Below, in pieces: positions 39,424-48,741 of a stretch of DNA of 64,000 nt; position 1 is the stretch's first letter, and each line of letters begins with the position of its first letter. The translations under genes and the position numbers were made by a program. The notes beneath the pieces were generated by a model. That model saw only the letters and a list, made by a program, of their open reading frames with translations, was not told the origin of the DNA and made no database searches. Origin of the DNA: Bacteroidota bacterium (GTDB lineage: Bacteria > Bacteroidota > Bacteroidia > JAFLBG01); the NCBI GenBank assembly GCA_017303975.1, contig JAFLBG010000005.1:39353-103352 (forward strand), in the 5' to 3' direction.

Positions 39424-42065
39424 GGAGCTGTGGCTATATAAACTCCAAAGGCTTGAATAGAAGCTACGGCCGAAGTTACAATAGTAGAGCCATCTTTTTG
39501 CGGACCAATAAAATTGCCTACTACCGTATTGCTACTTGCTGCATTTAAATAAACTCCCCAGCCTGTGGGTGTACCGGCACCGTCTCCGTTTCCACTTATT
39601 ACATTTCCTTCTCCTGCTGCCGTGCCGCCTATGGTGTTAGCGGATGCAGAGGTGGTTAAATATATTCCGTAGTCTTGTGAAGAAGATGTAACTACTGTAG
39701 TACCATTGCTTTGCAAACCAATGTAGTTGCCTTTTATGTTGTTACCGCTACAGCCAGCCCCTGTCAGGTATGCGCCATAAGTGGCATTTCCTGATAGAAT
39801 GTTTCTGCCCGAACTAATTGTATTTCCAATTGTGTTATTGGTAGAGTTGTTGGCTAAATAAACTCCATAATGTTGTCCATTAGAACTTATTAGAGTTGAG
39901 CCATCTTTTTGCAAACCAATAATATTTCCTGTTACCGTATTGGAACTAACACCATTAATGTAAACCCCATAACCAATGGAGGTGGAATTATTTTGATTAC
40001 CGGATATTACATTGGCGTCTGCGGTGTTATTTCCTCCAATAGTATTAAATGCTGCACTATTGGTTATATACACCCCATACTCTTGATAACCGCTTTTGGT
40101 GGCTCCATCGGAGCCCACACCAATGTAATTACCTCGTACAATATTGCCCGATGTGCCAGAGCCATCTAGATATAAGCCATATTGACTTGCCATAGAAATG
40201 ATGTTGCCCTCTCCGGCAGCAGAACCTCCAATGTAGTTTCCAAAACTTGCATTGTAGAGCGCAAGATTGTACTGAGAAATAGAATTCGCGCTATTGGTTA
40301 TACCATCTGCTTGTAAGCCTAAAACATTTCCTATTATGGTGTTAGAGGTTGCTGCACTCAAATGTATGCCTGTTCCGGCTGTATATCCAACATTCCGATT
40401 GGAAGAAATAACATTTTTATCTGAAGTAGAAGTTCCTCCTATTCGATTCGATTTTGCTCCGGATGCCAAATAAATACCAAACGCTTGTGTGCCGTTACTC
40501 ACCCTACCAGTGCCTGCAGAATTTACTCCTATATAATTGCCAATAATTGTATTAGAACTGGCTCCGGCCCCGGTAAGATAGATGCCGTAACCATTTGAGA
40601 CATTATCGCAATTACCCGAAATAATGTTTCTGGCTATTGTTGAGGAATTACCGCCAATTGTATTTCCATAACAGCCATTGCAATATACTCCATGGCTTTG
40701 TGTGGTAGAGGTTACAGCTGTAGAACCCCCAACTTGCGGACCAATAGTATTTCCTAACAACGTATTGGAGGTAACTCCATTTAAATACACACCATATCCG
40801 GTTGATGTACCATCAGAATTGCCACTAATAACATTTCCTTCTCCTGTAGCAGTGCCACCAATAGTATTTCGTTGTGCAGAGCCTGTTAAATAAACTCCAT
40901 TATCTTGTGTATTGCTAGTTATAAAAGTGGCGCCATCGCTTGCAATACCTATGTAGTTTCCTTTTATTTGATTAGCAGAAGAAGATGAGCCTGTTAAATA
41001 AACTCCGGAGTTGGTATTAGCTGAAATAATATTTCTGAAACTACCAGATGTACCACCTATTATTAAAGAGTAAGAGTTGGATAAATAAATGCCATAGGTT
41101 TGTGGGTTTGAAGCTCCCGTTATTACAGAGCTTCCGGTAGACGTAGTACCAATTCGATTGCCGTATATGTATTGAGGGGTAGTTATACTAGAACAGAAAA
41201 TCCCACTACTACTATTCCCAGAAATTAAGTTGCCATCGTTGATGCCCGTTCCCCCAATGGTATTACTTGTTCCAACACCAGTAAGTAAAATGCCGGTGGC
41301 GTATTTAGAGGCTCGGGTTGTTCCATCTTTTTGCAGCCCAATAATGTTTCCTTTTATTATATTTCCTGTAGAGGAGGCTCCGGACATGATAATTTGCCCG
41401 AACGACCCAAAACCAGAGATATTACAACCACTTATTAAATTAACACCCGATGCAGTTCCATCGCCTATAAGATTATTGGCAGAGTTTACAATGTAAATTC
41501 CAATATCGGTATTATAGGTAGTGGTAGAGCCATCGGTGTCTATACCTATGTAACAAGCGGTTATAGTATGCGAAGAACTGGAGTTTAAATGTATTCCGTA
41601 GTCGCCAAAACTACCTGCCGTTCCAAAATTTCTTAGTACTAACCCCTTTATCAAACTACCGTCTGACCCTGCATTTAACACTAAGCCATCAAAAGCTCCT
41701 GTGCCTCCTCCATCAATACAAACCATATTTTGGTAAGATAGCGGATTAGCCACAGTTGTGGCAAAGGGAACAACGGTATTAGTTACAAAACCTGTATTGG
41801 AAGTACCGTCAATAAAAACTTGAGCAGCCATAGCGGGCAAAGCGGCTGTTAATGTTATTACAGCAGCGCCTACACTAAAATTAATAGTTCCACCTCCTCC
41901 TCCATTTTCATTGTCGTTTATTGCCTCTCTTAGCGAACAGTGTATTCCATCGCAAGTTCCATCATCCACATCGTTTGTAGAATTTACTGTATAGGTTTGA
42001 CCTATAAGCAAATTACTTATAACAAAAAATAAAAATACCAAATATTCTATTCTCTTGACAATCAT
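39420..42065 (-). CDS. N-terminal segment (signal peptide plus parallel beta-helix repeats) of the giant T9SS cargo
   Basis: signal peptide; more than 30 tandem ~23-aa beta-helix repeats; stop at 39420..39422 falls mid-repeat (..QAFGVYIATAP*). Confidence 0.6.
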   Translation of the reverse strand: MIVKRIEYLVFLFFVISNLLIGQTYTVNSTNDVDDGTCDGIHCSLREAINDNENGGGGGTINFSVGAAVITLTAALPAMAAQVFIDGTSNTGFVTNTVVPFATTVANPLSYQNMVCIDGGGTGAFDGLVLNAGSDGSLIKGLVLRNFGTAGSFGDYGIHLNSSSSHTITACYIGIDTDGSTTTYNTDIGIYIVNSANNLIGDGTASGVNLISGCNISGFGSFGQIIMSGASSTGNIIKGNIIGLQKDGTTRASKYATGILLTGVGTSNTIGGTGINDGNLISGNSSSGIFCSSITTPQYIYGNRIGTTSTGSSVITGASNPQTYGIYLSNSYSLIIGGTSGSFRNIISANTNSGVYLTGSSSSANQIKGNYIGIASDGATFITSNTQDNGVYLTGSAQRNTIGGTATGEGNVISGNSDGTSTGYGVYLNGVTSNTLLGNTIGPQVGGSTAVTSTTQSHGVYCNGCYGNTIGGNSSTIARNIISGNCDNVSNGYGIYLTGAGASSNTIIGNYIGVNSAGTGRVSNGTQAFGIYLASGAKSNRIGGTSTSDKNVISSNRNVGYTAGTGIHLSAATSNTIIGNVLGLQADGITNSANSISQYNLALYNASFGNYIGGSAAGEGNIISMASQYGLYLDGSGTSGNIVRGNYIGVGSDGATKSGYQEYGVYITNSAAFNTIGGNNTADANVISGNQNNSTSIGYGVYINGVSSNTVTGNIIGLQKDGSTLISSNGQHYGVYLANNSTNNTIGNTISSGRNILSGNATYGAYLTGAGCSGNNIKGNYIGLQSNGTTVVTSSSQDYGIYLTTSASANTIGGTAAGEGNVISGNGDGAGTPTGWGVYLNAASSNTVVGNFIGPQKDGSTIVTSAVASIQAFGVYIATAP

Positions 42066-42262
42066 CCGTTAATAGCAATTATTGAAAGACTTACTACGTA
42101 CAATATACTAAAATAATAGTCGCAATTTTATGGTTTCTACTTTTTTTGACTACTGCTAATTCCGATATATTGTACGAAAAAACCCACAAATGGTTCCAAA
42201 TTAACGACTAATAAACTCAAGACAATACACTCAAATGGAAAAATCCAAAAGAAAAATAGCCA

Positions 42263-43888
42263 TTATTTACGGAGCAAAGCCTCTATGGCCTTACCAATAG
42301 CCTTGTCGGAAGATTGTTGCGATTTATAATAACCTTCGGCCCCCCAAATATTTCGGGCAACAAGCGATTTTATGTTTTGTTTTAACAATGCCTTTGATAC
42401 TAAAAATTCCCCTTCGTTCTTTTTTATCTTCATACTCTCCCCTTGCTTCACAAGCCTTTCGAGCATATCATCACCTACCTCAAAGTCTGAAACAAACTGT
42501 TCTATTGAATGGAATTTGGTCTTTAATTGCAATCGGTTTTTATCTGCCCACTCAAATGCAAATTGATTAACCACTCCTTTATAGTAGAGTTCTGTTAAAT
42601 ACGTTGTTCTCCCAACAGTATCCATTGGTACAAACAAATCAGGCATAATTCCACCACCACCATATACAATCTTGCCTGCAGGTGTTTTAAATTTTAATGA
42701 ATCGATAAATTTAATACTATCAGCACTTTGCAACTCACCATTCTCGAAGCGCTCGTATTCTTCTTTCAAATACGCTTCAATGCCCTTCTTATACGACTTT
42801 TGTATGCATCTGCCGGTGGGGGTATAATATCTGGCTGTAGTAAGCCGAATAGCCGAGCTGTCTGGAAAATCAGTTTGCTCTTGCACCAACCCTTTACCAA
42901 AAGAACGCCTCCCAACCACCAACCCTCTGTCGTTGTCTTGAATAGCTCCTGCAACAATCTCGCTGGCCGAAGCAGATCCCTCGTCAATCAAAACAACCAA
43001 TTCGTTTTTTTCAAACTCCCCGGAAGAAGTGGCTTTGTATTCTCTTCTACCATGCGCCCTACCTTCGGTATAAACAATCATTTTATTGTCGGATAAAAAT
43101 TCATCCGACAAATCTATCGCAGCGTTGAGCAATCCACCTGGATTTCCACGAATATCCAAAACCATTTTTTTCATCCCTTGTTTTCGTAATTTTTCGAACG
43201 CTTCTAGATATTCATCAAATGTGGTTGCGGCAAAACGACTAATCTTAATATAGCCAATTTCTTTTGTAATCATGTAGGCCACATCCACACTGTAAATTGG
43301 GATTTTGTTGCGAACAATTGAAAAGTCAAGTAATTTTTTAATCCCCCTGCGCTCTACAGAAATGTTTACTGTTGTACCTTTCGGGCCGCGCAATTTTTTA
43401 AACACATCGTTATTAGTGATTTTTACTCCAGCCACACTTTTACCTTCTACTTTTACAATTTTGTCTCCGGGCTGAATACCGAGTGCCTCCGAAGGTCCAC
43501 CCACAATGGGCGATATAACACGAATTGTGTCGTTTACAATATTAAATTCAATTCCAATCCCATCGAAGTTGCCTTGTAATGGTTCGTTTGCCGCTTTAGA
43601 CTCTTCGGCAGTAATATAGGCAGAGTGAGGGTCGAGTTGCTGCATCACTTCTTGCAGAGTATTATCCACCAATTGTTTTCGATTGATAGTATCTACATAC
43701 TGTGTTTGTATGTAATCAAGAATCTGATTTATTTTATCATTACTGCTTTGTTTGGTGGCTATGCGCTGCAATAAGGAGGTATCTGAGGAATAGGTAGCAG
43801 ATATTTTAATGCCAATAAATACACCAATGATTAAAATTATTGCAAATAGTAACGGAAGTAGAATCTGGAATTTTCGGTTATGCTGCAT
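42263..43888 (-). CDS. ctpA: carboxy-terminal processing protease (S41 family, PDZ-containing)
   Basis: N-terminal TM anchor, PDZ (GIQPGDKIVKVEG) and the S41 catalytic region (LIDEGSASASE). Confidence 0.85.
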   Translation of the reverse strand: MQHNRKFQILLPLLFAIILIIGVFIGIKISATYSSDTSLLQRIATKQSSNDKINQILDYIQTQYVDTINRKQLVDNTLQEVMQQLDPHSAYITAEESKAANEPLQGNFDGIGIEFNIVNDTIRVISPIVGGPSEALGIQPGDKIVKVEGKSVAGVKITNNDVFKKLRGPKGTTVNISVERRGIKKLLDFSIVRNKIPIYSVDVAYMITKEIGYIKISRFAATTFDEYLEAFEKLRKQGMKKMVLDIRGNPGGLLNAAIDLSDEFLSDNKMIVYTEGRAHGRREYKATSSGEFEKNELVVLIDEGSASASEIVAGAIQDNDRGLVVGRRSFGKGLVQEQTDFPDSSAIRLTTARYYTPTGRCIQKSYKKGIEAYLKEEYERFENGELQSADSIKFIDSLKFKTPAGKIVYGGGGIMPDLFVPMDTVGRTTYLTELYYKGVVNQFAFEWADKNRLQLKTKFHSIEQFVSDFEVGDDMLERLVKQGESMKIKKNEGEFLVSKALLKQNIKSLVARNIWGAEGYYKSQQSSDKAIGKAIEALLRK

Positions 43889-44373
43889 TAACGGAGTGTG
43901 TTACGTTCCAAGAAGTCTCGGTTGGTATATTCTACTACCTCCACGCCAAATTTGCGCAAAAATGCAACACCTTCGTCAATCGGAAACCCTTTGAAAGCGG
44001 CATACGAATCTAAATAAAACACCTTTTTAATTCCCGTTGTATAAATTACACGGGCGCAGGCAATACAAGGAGAAAGAGTAACATACAAAGTTGTTCCCTC
44101 AACAGAAACGCTATTTTTTTGAGCATATAAAATTGCGTTTTGTTCTGCATGCAAAGCCAATGAACAACTTCCTTTTAAATCTCTAGCACAACCTTGTCCC
44201 GGCCATTCTTCATCGCAATTGTGGGTTCCGGCTGGGGGGCCGTTATAGCCCAATGAAATAATACGTGTGTCTTTTGAAAGAACGGCTCCCACGTGTGCTT
44301 TTACGCAATGCGACCGCTTAGACAGATTTACTGCCAATTCCATGTATATGTCGTCAAAGCTAGGGCGTGCCAT
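43888..44373 (-). CDS. dCMP deaminase (ComEB-type zinc deaminase)
   Basis: HAEQNAI and PCIACAR zinc-binding motifs; 161 aa. Confidence 0.85.
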   Translation of the reverse strand: MARPSFDDIYMELAVNLSKRSHCVKAHVGAVLSKDTRIISLGYNGPPAGTHNCDEEWPGQGCARDLKGSCSLALHAEQNAILYAQKNSVSVEGTTLYVTLSPCIACARVIYTTGIKKVFYLDSYAAFKGFPIDEGVAFLRKFGVEVVEYTNRDFLERNTLR

Positions 44374-44458
44374 AAGAAGTTTAAAGTTTAATAGTTAAAA
44401 AGTTTAAAGTTTGAAAGACGCAAATCCATACAAACTTTAAACTTTTTAACTGAAAACG

Positions 44459-44542
44459 TACCCGAAATCGGGGTCGAACCGATATATCCGTGAAGATACT
44501 GGTGTTTGAGACCAGCGCGTCTACCAATTCCGCCATCCGGGC
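44459..44542 (-). tRNA. tRNA-Leu, anticodon CAA, type II with long variable arm
   Basis: hand-folded cloverleaf: acceptor GCCCGGA/UUCGGGU (two G-U pairs), D arm GCG-GAAUUGGUAGA-CGC, anticodon stem CUGGU/ACCAG with loop CUCAAAC, 15-nt variable arm, T arm AUCGG-UUCGACC-CCGAU, discriminator A; CCA not encoded. Confidence 0.8.
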
Positions 44543-44703
44543 ATTTGTTGTTCTTAGTTAAAAGAACAAGGGCTACGAAAGTATTGATTTGTTTGGAAGC
44601 TTGCAAATTTTTACTAGATATTTAATCTCGAATAAATAAAAAAGTTAAACGATCCTTAATTGTTGTAAAATACAAGCACTATGATTTACATTTGCTATAC
44701 TTT

Positions 44704-45288
44704 ATGCAGGTAAACATTGCCATATTTGCTTCGGGTGCTGGTACAAATGCCGAAAACCTCATTACTCATTTTAATAAATCCAGCTCAAACACCACCATAC
44801 AGCTAATTGTATGTAATAAAGAAGATGCAGGAGTATTGAATATAGCAAAAAAACACACCATTGAAACGCTTCTTGTATTAGATAAAATCTATTTTACGTC
44901 CGACCAGTTTGTGGCAGACCTAAAATCCAAGCATATAGATTTTATTGTCCTTTCTGGATTTTTGTGGTTAATTCCGACATCTCTCCTAAAAAATTACTCT
45001 AAAAAAATCATCAATATTCATCCTTCCTTATTACCTAAATATGGGGGTAAAGGAATGTACGGCAACAAAGTGCACGAAGCGGTTTTAAAAAACAAAGAGA
45101 GAGAAAGTGGAATAACTATACATTACGTAGACGAGAAGTTTGATTCGGGAGAAGTTCTATTTCAACATAGCATAAATATAGAATCAATTGTAGATGCTGC
45201 TGCATTAGCGGAAGCAATTCATCAATTGGAATATAAATACTTTCCAATGGTTACAGAGCAAACAATAAAAAAAACATACAACTTATGA
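44704..45288 (+). CDS. purN: phosphoribosylglycinamide formyltransferase
   Basis: IAIFASGAGTNAENLI N-terminus and NIHPSLLPKYGGKG motif; an alternative ATG 12 nt upstream (44692) is equally possible. Confidence 0.85.
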   Translation: MQVNIAIFASGAGTNAENLITHFNKSSSNTTIQLIVCNKEDAGVLNIAKKHTIETLLVLDKIYFTSDQFVADLKSKHIDFIVLSGFLWLIPTSLLKNYSKKIINIHPSLLPKYGGKGMYGNKVHEAVLKNKERESGITIHYVDEKFDSGEVLFQHSINIESIVDAAALAEAIHQLEYKYFPMVTEQTIKKTYNL

Positions 45289-46040
45289 AGACCGTAAATT
45301 TTATTATCGTTTTCCTATCAAGTATAATTTTAGCTGCACAAAACGTACCATTAGACACCAATCAAGTGGACTCCCAAAAAAGAAAACAAGGTATTTGGAA
45401 AGAATACGAAGCGGGCGAAAATTGGATTGGAAAATACGAAAACAATAAAAGAGAAGGCACCTGGCTAACCTACTACAACACCGGAATGATAAGCCAACTA
45501 GCAACATACAAAAATGGACAGAAGAATGGAGTTTCAATTACTACTGACCGAAACGGATTTATTGTAGTGGAAGCTCATTACTCCAACGACACATTAGATG
45601 GAGCATATAAACTATTTGCCAGTGGAGGAAAATTAAAATCGGAAACAAACTATAAAAAAGGTGTTGTACATGGCACAAAATTAGTTGCTTACGAAGATGG
45701 AAAAATACAAGAAAAAGGCACTTTTAAAAACGGAATACGACACGGGAAAACACAGTGGTACTTTCAAGAAGGGATGTTAAGCATGGAATACACTTACAAA
45801 GAAGGCAACCTAGAGGGTCCAACCAAAACATATTTTAAATCAAATGGCAACATTCAAAGTGAAGGTTCGTATAAGAACAATGAACTAGAAGGTATGTTTT
45901 ACGAGTACTATGAGAGTGGCAGATTACAAACTAGCGGTAAATATATAAAAGGCAAAAAAGAAGGGGCGTGGAATGAGTTTGATGAGCAGGGAAATATTAT
46001 TAGGTCAAGCACCTATAAAAATGACGAAAAAATAAAGTAA
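45285..46040 (+). CDS. secreted MORN-variant (YwqK-like) repeat protein
   Basis: signal peptide; at least 7 repeats of the Y.NG...G.W..Y.E.G type; overlaps the purN stop by 4 nt. Confidence 0.55.
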   Translation: MKTVNFIIVFLSSIILAAQNVPLDTNQVDSQKRKQGIWKEYEAGENWIGKYENNKREGTWLTYYNTGMISQLATYKNGQKNGVSITTDRNGFIVVEAHYSNDTLDGAYKLFASGGKLKSETNYKKGVVHGTKLVAYEDGKIQEKGTFKNGIRHGKTQWYFQEGMLSMEYTYKEGNLEGPTKTYFKSNGNIQSEGSYKNNELEGMFYEYYESGRLQTSGKYIKGKKEGAWNEFDEQGNIIRSSTYKNDEKIK

Positions 46041-46049
46041 CTTATTGCA

Positions 46050-47723
46050 ATGAGATTCAAAACGATTGCCACTACACTTGTTTTTCTTATTTCTATTTTA
46101 AATTTACACTCCCAAGGTAAACAAGGAAACATGTGGCATTTTGGATTTAATGCCGGAGTAAACTTCAACACCATACCGCCTACCCCAATTACCAGTAGTA
46201 TAAGCACTAGCGAAGGTTCGGCATCTGTTGCAAATAGTGTCGGTCAAACATTGTTTTATACCGATGGATTGCAAATTTGGGATAAAAACAATTCGCTAAT
46301 GCCCAATGCAGACGGAAGCTCTTGGAACAAACAATTGTCCGGAGATGGCAGCTCCGCTCAATCTGCTTTAATAACCAACAATCCTTGCGACACCAATAAA
46401 TACTACGTTTTTACAACCGATGGAATTACCTGCAACTTTCTTGGCCCACAAGGACAATGGGATGGGCTATATTACACAGTTGTAAACACCTCGTTAAATG
46501 CAGGCAGTGGAGATATTGACCTTTCGTATTTAAGCACACAACCCGGGTATGTAGCTGGCGACAACAAGATAGCGTTGATTGACAGTGTGCAAGAACGTAT
46601 TACCGCTGCTACACACGCCAATGGAACCGACTACTGGGTTGTTGTGCTCCGCGAAAATGGAGAATTTTATTCTTATTTAGTTGATTGCAATGGTATAAAT
46701 ACAACTCCGGTAATTACAAAAACCTTTGCAAGTCCTTTCACTGCAACACAAGGATTTATTTCAATATCAAAAGATGGAACATGCTTGGTTGTAACCGGCA
46801 TCAATAGTGGCGAAGCCAATATGTACGATTTTGATAACACAACAGGGGTGGTATCGAACAAACGTTTGCTATACAGTGGCAGCGACTGGACTTGGGGTGT
46901 CTGCTTTTCTCCAAATGATTCTATAATTTATATTGCAAGTTGGTTTTCATCTACTATAAGGCGCTATGATAGATTTGCGTCAAATGTAGCTGCATCTGAA
47001 ATACAAGACAATACAGGAATGTTTGGCATTACAGTTATACAGCAAGGGCCGGACGGAAAACTATATATTCCTGACGGTTCCAACTTATCTGTTTACAACA
47101 CACCCAACAATTTTTCCAATCCTGGTTTAGCAAGCGCAGTAATTTCTGCACTTTCAGGAACTTACTATAACTACGGACTTCCGAATGTTTTTTTAAAATA
47201 TTACTCTACTTCGGAAAACAATTTGGTGCAAAGTGATACAAATATATGCCCCGGAGGCTCTGTTCAATTAAGTAGAGCCACCCCATCCAACTGCTATACT
47301 TATAATTGGCAACCTACCACAGGGCTAAGTAATCCTAATATACTAAACCCAATTGCAACCCTAGAGGAAACAACCACTTACAAATTAATTGCAACGTCAT
47401 CTTGCGCTACTATAGAAAAAGAAATAACTATTGAAGTTTGCTTTACAGAAATAAAAATACCCAATGTATTTACTCCAAATGGAGATGGCATTGACGACAA
47501 CTGGACAATAACATCCGCTCCGGGTAACACCGTAAATTGTATTATTTATAACAGATGGGGCGAGATTATTTTTGAAGCAAACGAAGAAAATATAAACTGG
47601 ACTGGCACATCCAAAAATGGCAAAACCGCGAGTGATGGCACGTATTACTACGTGCTAACACACTCCAAACCCAATAATAACGAAGTAGTAGAGTATAAAG
47701 GATTTGTTACTTTATTGAGGTAA
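46050..47723 (+). CDS. secreted protein with gliding-motility-associated C-terminal domain (type-B T9SS CTD)
   Basis: signal peptide; C-terminus PNVFTPNGDGIDDNW...YNRWGEIIFE...NWTG...DGTYYY matches the CHU_C consensus. Confidence 0.75.
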   Translation: MRFKTIATTLVFLISILNLHSQGKQGNMWHFGFNAGVNFNTIPPTPITSSISTSEGSASVANSVGQTLFYTDGLQIWDKNNSLMPNADGSSWNKQLSGDGSSAQSALITNNPCDTNKYYVFTTDGITCNFLGPQGQWDGLYYTVVNTSLNAGSGDIDLSYLSTQPGYVAGDNKIALIDSVQERITAATHANGTDYWVVVLRENGEFYSYLVDCNGINTTPVITKTFASPFTATQGFISISKDGTCLVVTGINSGEANMYDFDNTTGVVSNKRLLYSGSDWTWGVCFSPNDSIIYIASWFSSTIRRYDRFASNVAASEIQDNTGMFGITVIQQGPDGKLYIPDGSNLSVYNTPNNFSNPGLASAVISALSGTYYNYGLPNVFLKYYSTSENNLVQSDTNICPGGSVQLSRATPSNCYTYNWQPTTGLSNPNILNPIATLEETTTYKLIATSSCATIEKEITIEVCFTEIKIPNVFTPNGDGIDDNWTITSAPGNTVNCIIYNRWGEIIFEANEENINWTGTSKNGKTASDGTYYYVLTHSKPNNNEVVEYKGFVTLLR

Positions 47724-47748
47724 CAAACAAATATTCCTCGAAAAATTT

Positions 47749-48708
47749 CTAATCTAAGCTAAGCGTAGTTTGCCCAATAAGTGCAGCATCTGAGTACAAT
47801 TCAACTACATACTTACCCGGAATAAATCCATCTTTTGAATCATAAAAAACACTTCCGCTTACTTCATCATTGTTATAGTTGAATGATTTTTTTGCGGCAT
47901 AGTATCCTGATAAATTTTTGATTGCAAACTTGTGCTCATCGTCCATTGCGGCCGTAAGCTCTTTTGCATCCGGACTTATAATGCGAAGAAAAATTTCGTG
48001 CTCTCCTTTTTTCGCAATATTATTGCGTCCAATTGTATAGTTTACTTTTATACGCTCTGCACGTTTTGCTTTACTTGTTTCGTCTTCCTTTTTTCCTCCG
48101 GATTTTAAATTAATTCCAATTGCTTTTATAGAGCTACAATTTAATATTGCACCAAGTGCTACAACTCCCTGCAAATCTTCCTTCTCCTTAGACAATTGCG
48201 AACTTCTATTTTTTTCAGAACTTAAATCAGCTTCTACTTTTTGTTTCTCGGCAGTTATTAATTGATTGGCAGTATTCAATGAATCAATGGTGTGTACATA
48301 ATGTTTCATAATACTTCGTAGTGTAGAAGCTTCTTTCTTTAGTTTAGAAATAATATACGCATCATCCTTGTGTTTTGCAGCTTCCTTTTCCAACTCCTCA
48401 ATCGCAGCAATTTTATCTGACAATTCTTTTTTTAGATTTTCGTCTTGTGTTTGCAAATTCAAATACTCCTCTTTCAGCCCCGCCAACTCCCTTTGAAATC
48501 CAGTACTTTTATCTATGTAAACAATTTTCTCTTGTATTTCTCGTTTTACTTTTTGTGTTTCATTCCAATACAAATAACCCAATAGCACAGTAAGAAGTGC
48601 AAGTACTAGAATAATAAATATAAATAGTCTATTCTTTGATTTTTTTTCTTCTTCCTTATGTTTAATATCTGTATTTTCCATGTTGATATTTTTATTTTGA
48701 TTGTACAA
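47749..48708 (-). CDS. membrane-anchored coiled-coil protein, unknown function
   Basis: one N-terminal TM helix (LFIFIILVLALLTVLLGYLYW) followed by ~130 aa of heptad-like K/E-rich sequence and a C-terminal globular part. Confidence 0.5.
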   Translation of the reverse strand: MYNQNKNINMENTDIKHKEEEKKSKNRLFIFIILVLALLTVLLGYLYWNETQKVKREIQEKIVYIDKSTGFQRELAGLKEEYLNLQTQDENLKKELSDKIAAIEELEKEAAKHKDDAYIISKLKKEASTLRSIMKHYVHTIDSLNTANQLITAEKQKVEADLSSEKNRSSQLSKEKEDLQGVVALGAILNCSSIKAIGINLKSGGKKEDETSKAKRAERIKVNYTIGRNNIAKKGEHEIFLRIISPDAKELTAAMDDEHKFAIKNLSGYYAAKKSFNYNNDEVSGSVFYDSKDGFIPGKYVVELYSDAALIGQTTLSLD

Positions 48709-48741
48709 TATACAAAATTAAATAGTTATTTTTTCGCACCC

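Noticed and set aside
36419-41496. Several + strand ORFs of 60 to 90 aa inside the beta-helix gene region (36419..36670, 37225..37428, 38890..39120, 39909..40169, 40678..40893, 41230..41496)
   Set aside because: They are antisense to a long, highly repetitive coding region. The low-complexity Gly/Asn/Thr codon repeats create open antisense frames, and there are no start-proximal signals or conserved motifs.
35796-42065. Possible CRISPR-like or tandem-repeat array, given the ~69-nt periodicity at DNA level
   Set aside because: The periodicity is the in-frame 23-aa beta-helix repeat of a protein-coding gene. Repeat units are imperfect, contiguous without unique spacers, and translate into a consistent motif. 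It is not a CRISPR array.
44388-44606. 72-aa ORF on the - strand
   Set aside because: It overlaps the tRNA-Leu(CAA) gene almost entirely, and part of its sequence (GGIGRRAGLKHQ) is just the translated tRNA. Spurious.
44374-44700. Integrated mobile element or genomic island at the tRNA-Leu gene
   Set aside because: No integrase, excisionase, phage or transposase genes and no direct repeat of the tRNA 3' end are visible. The flanking genes (dCMP deaminase, purN) are housekeeping.
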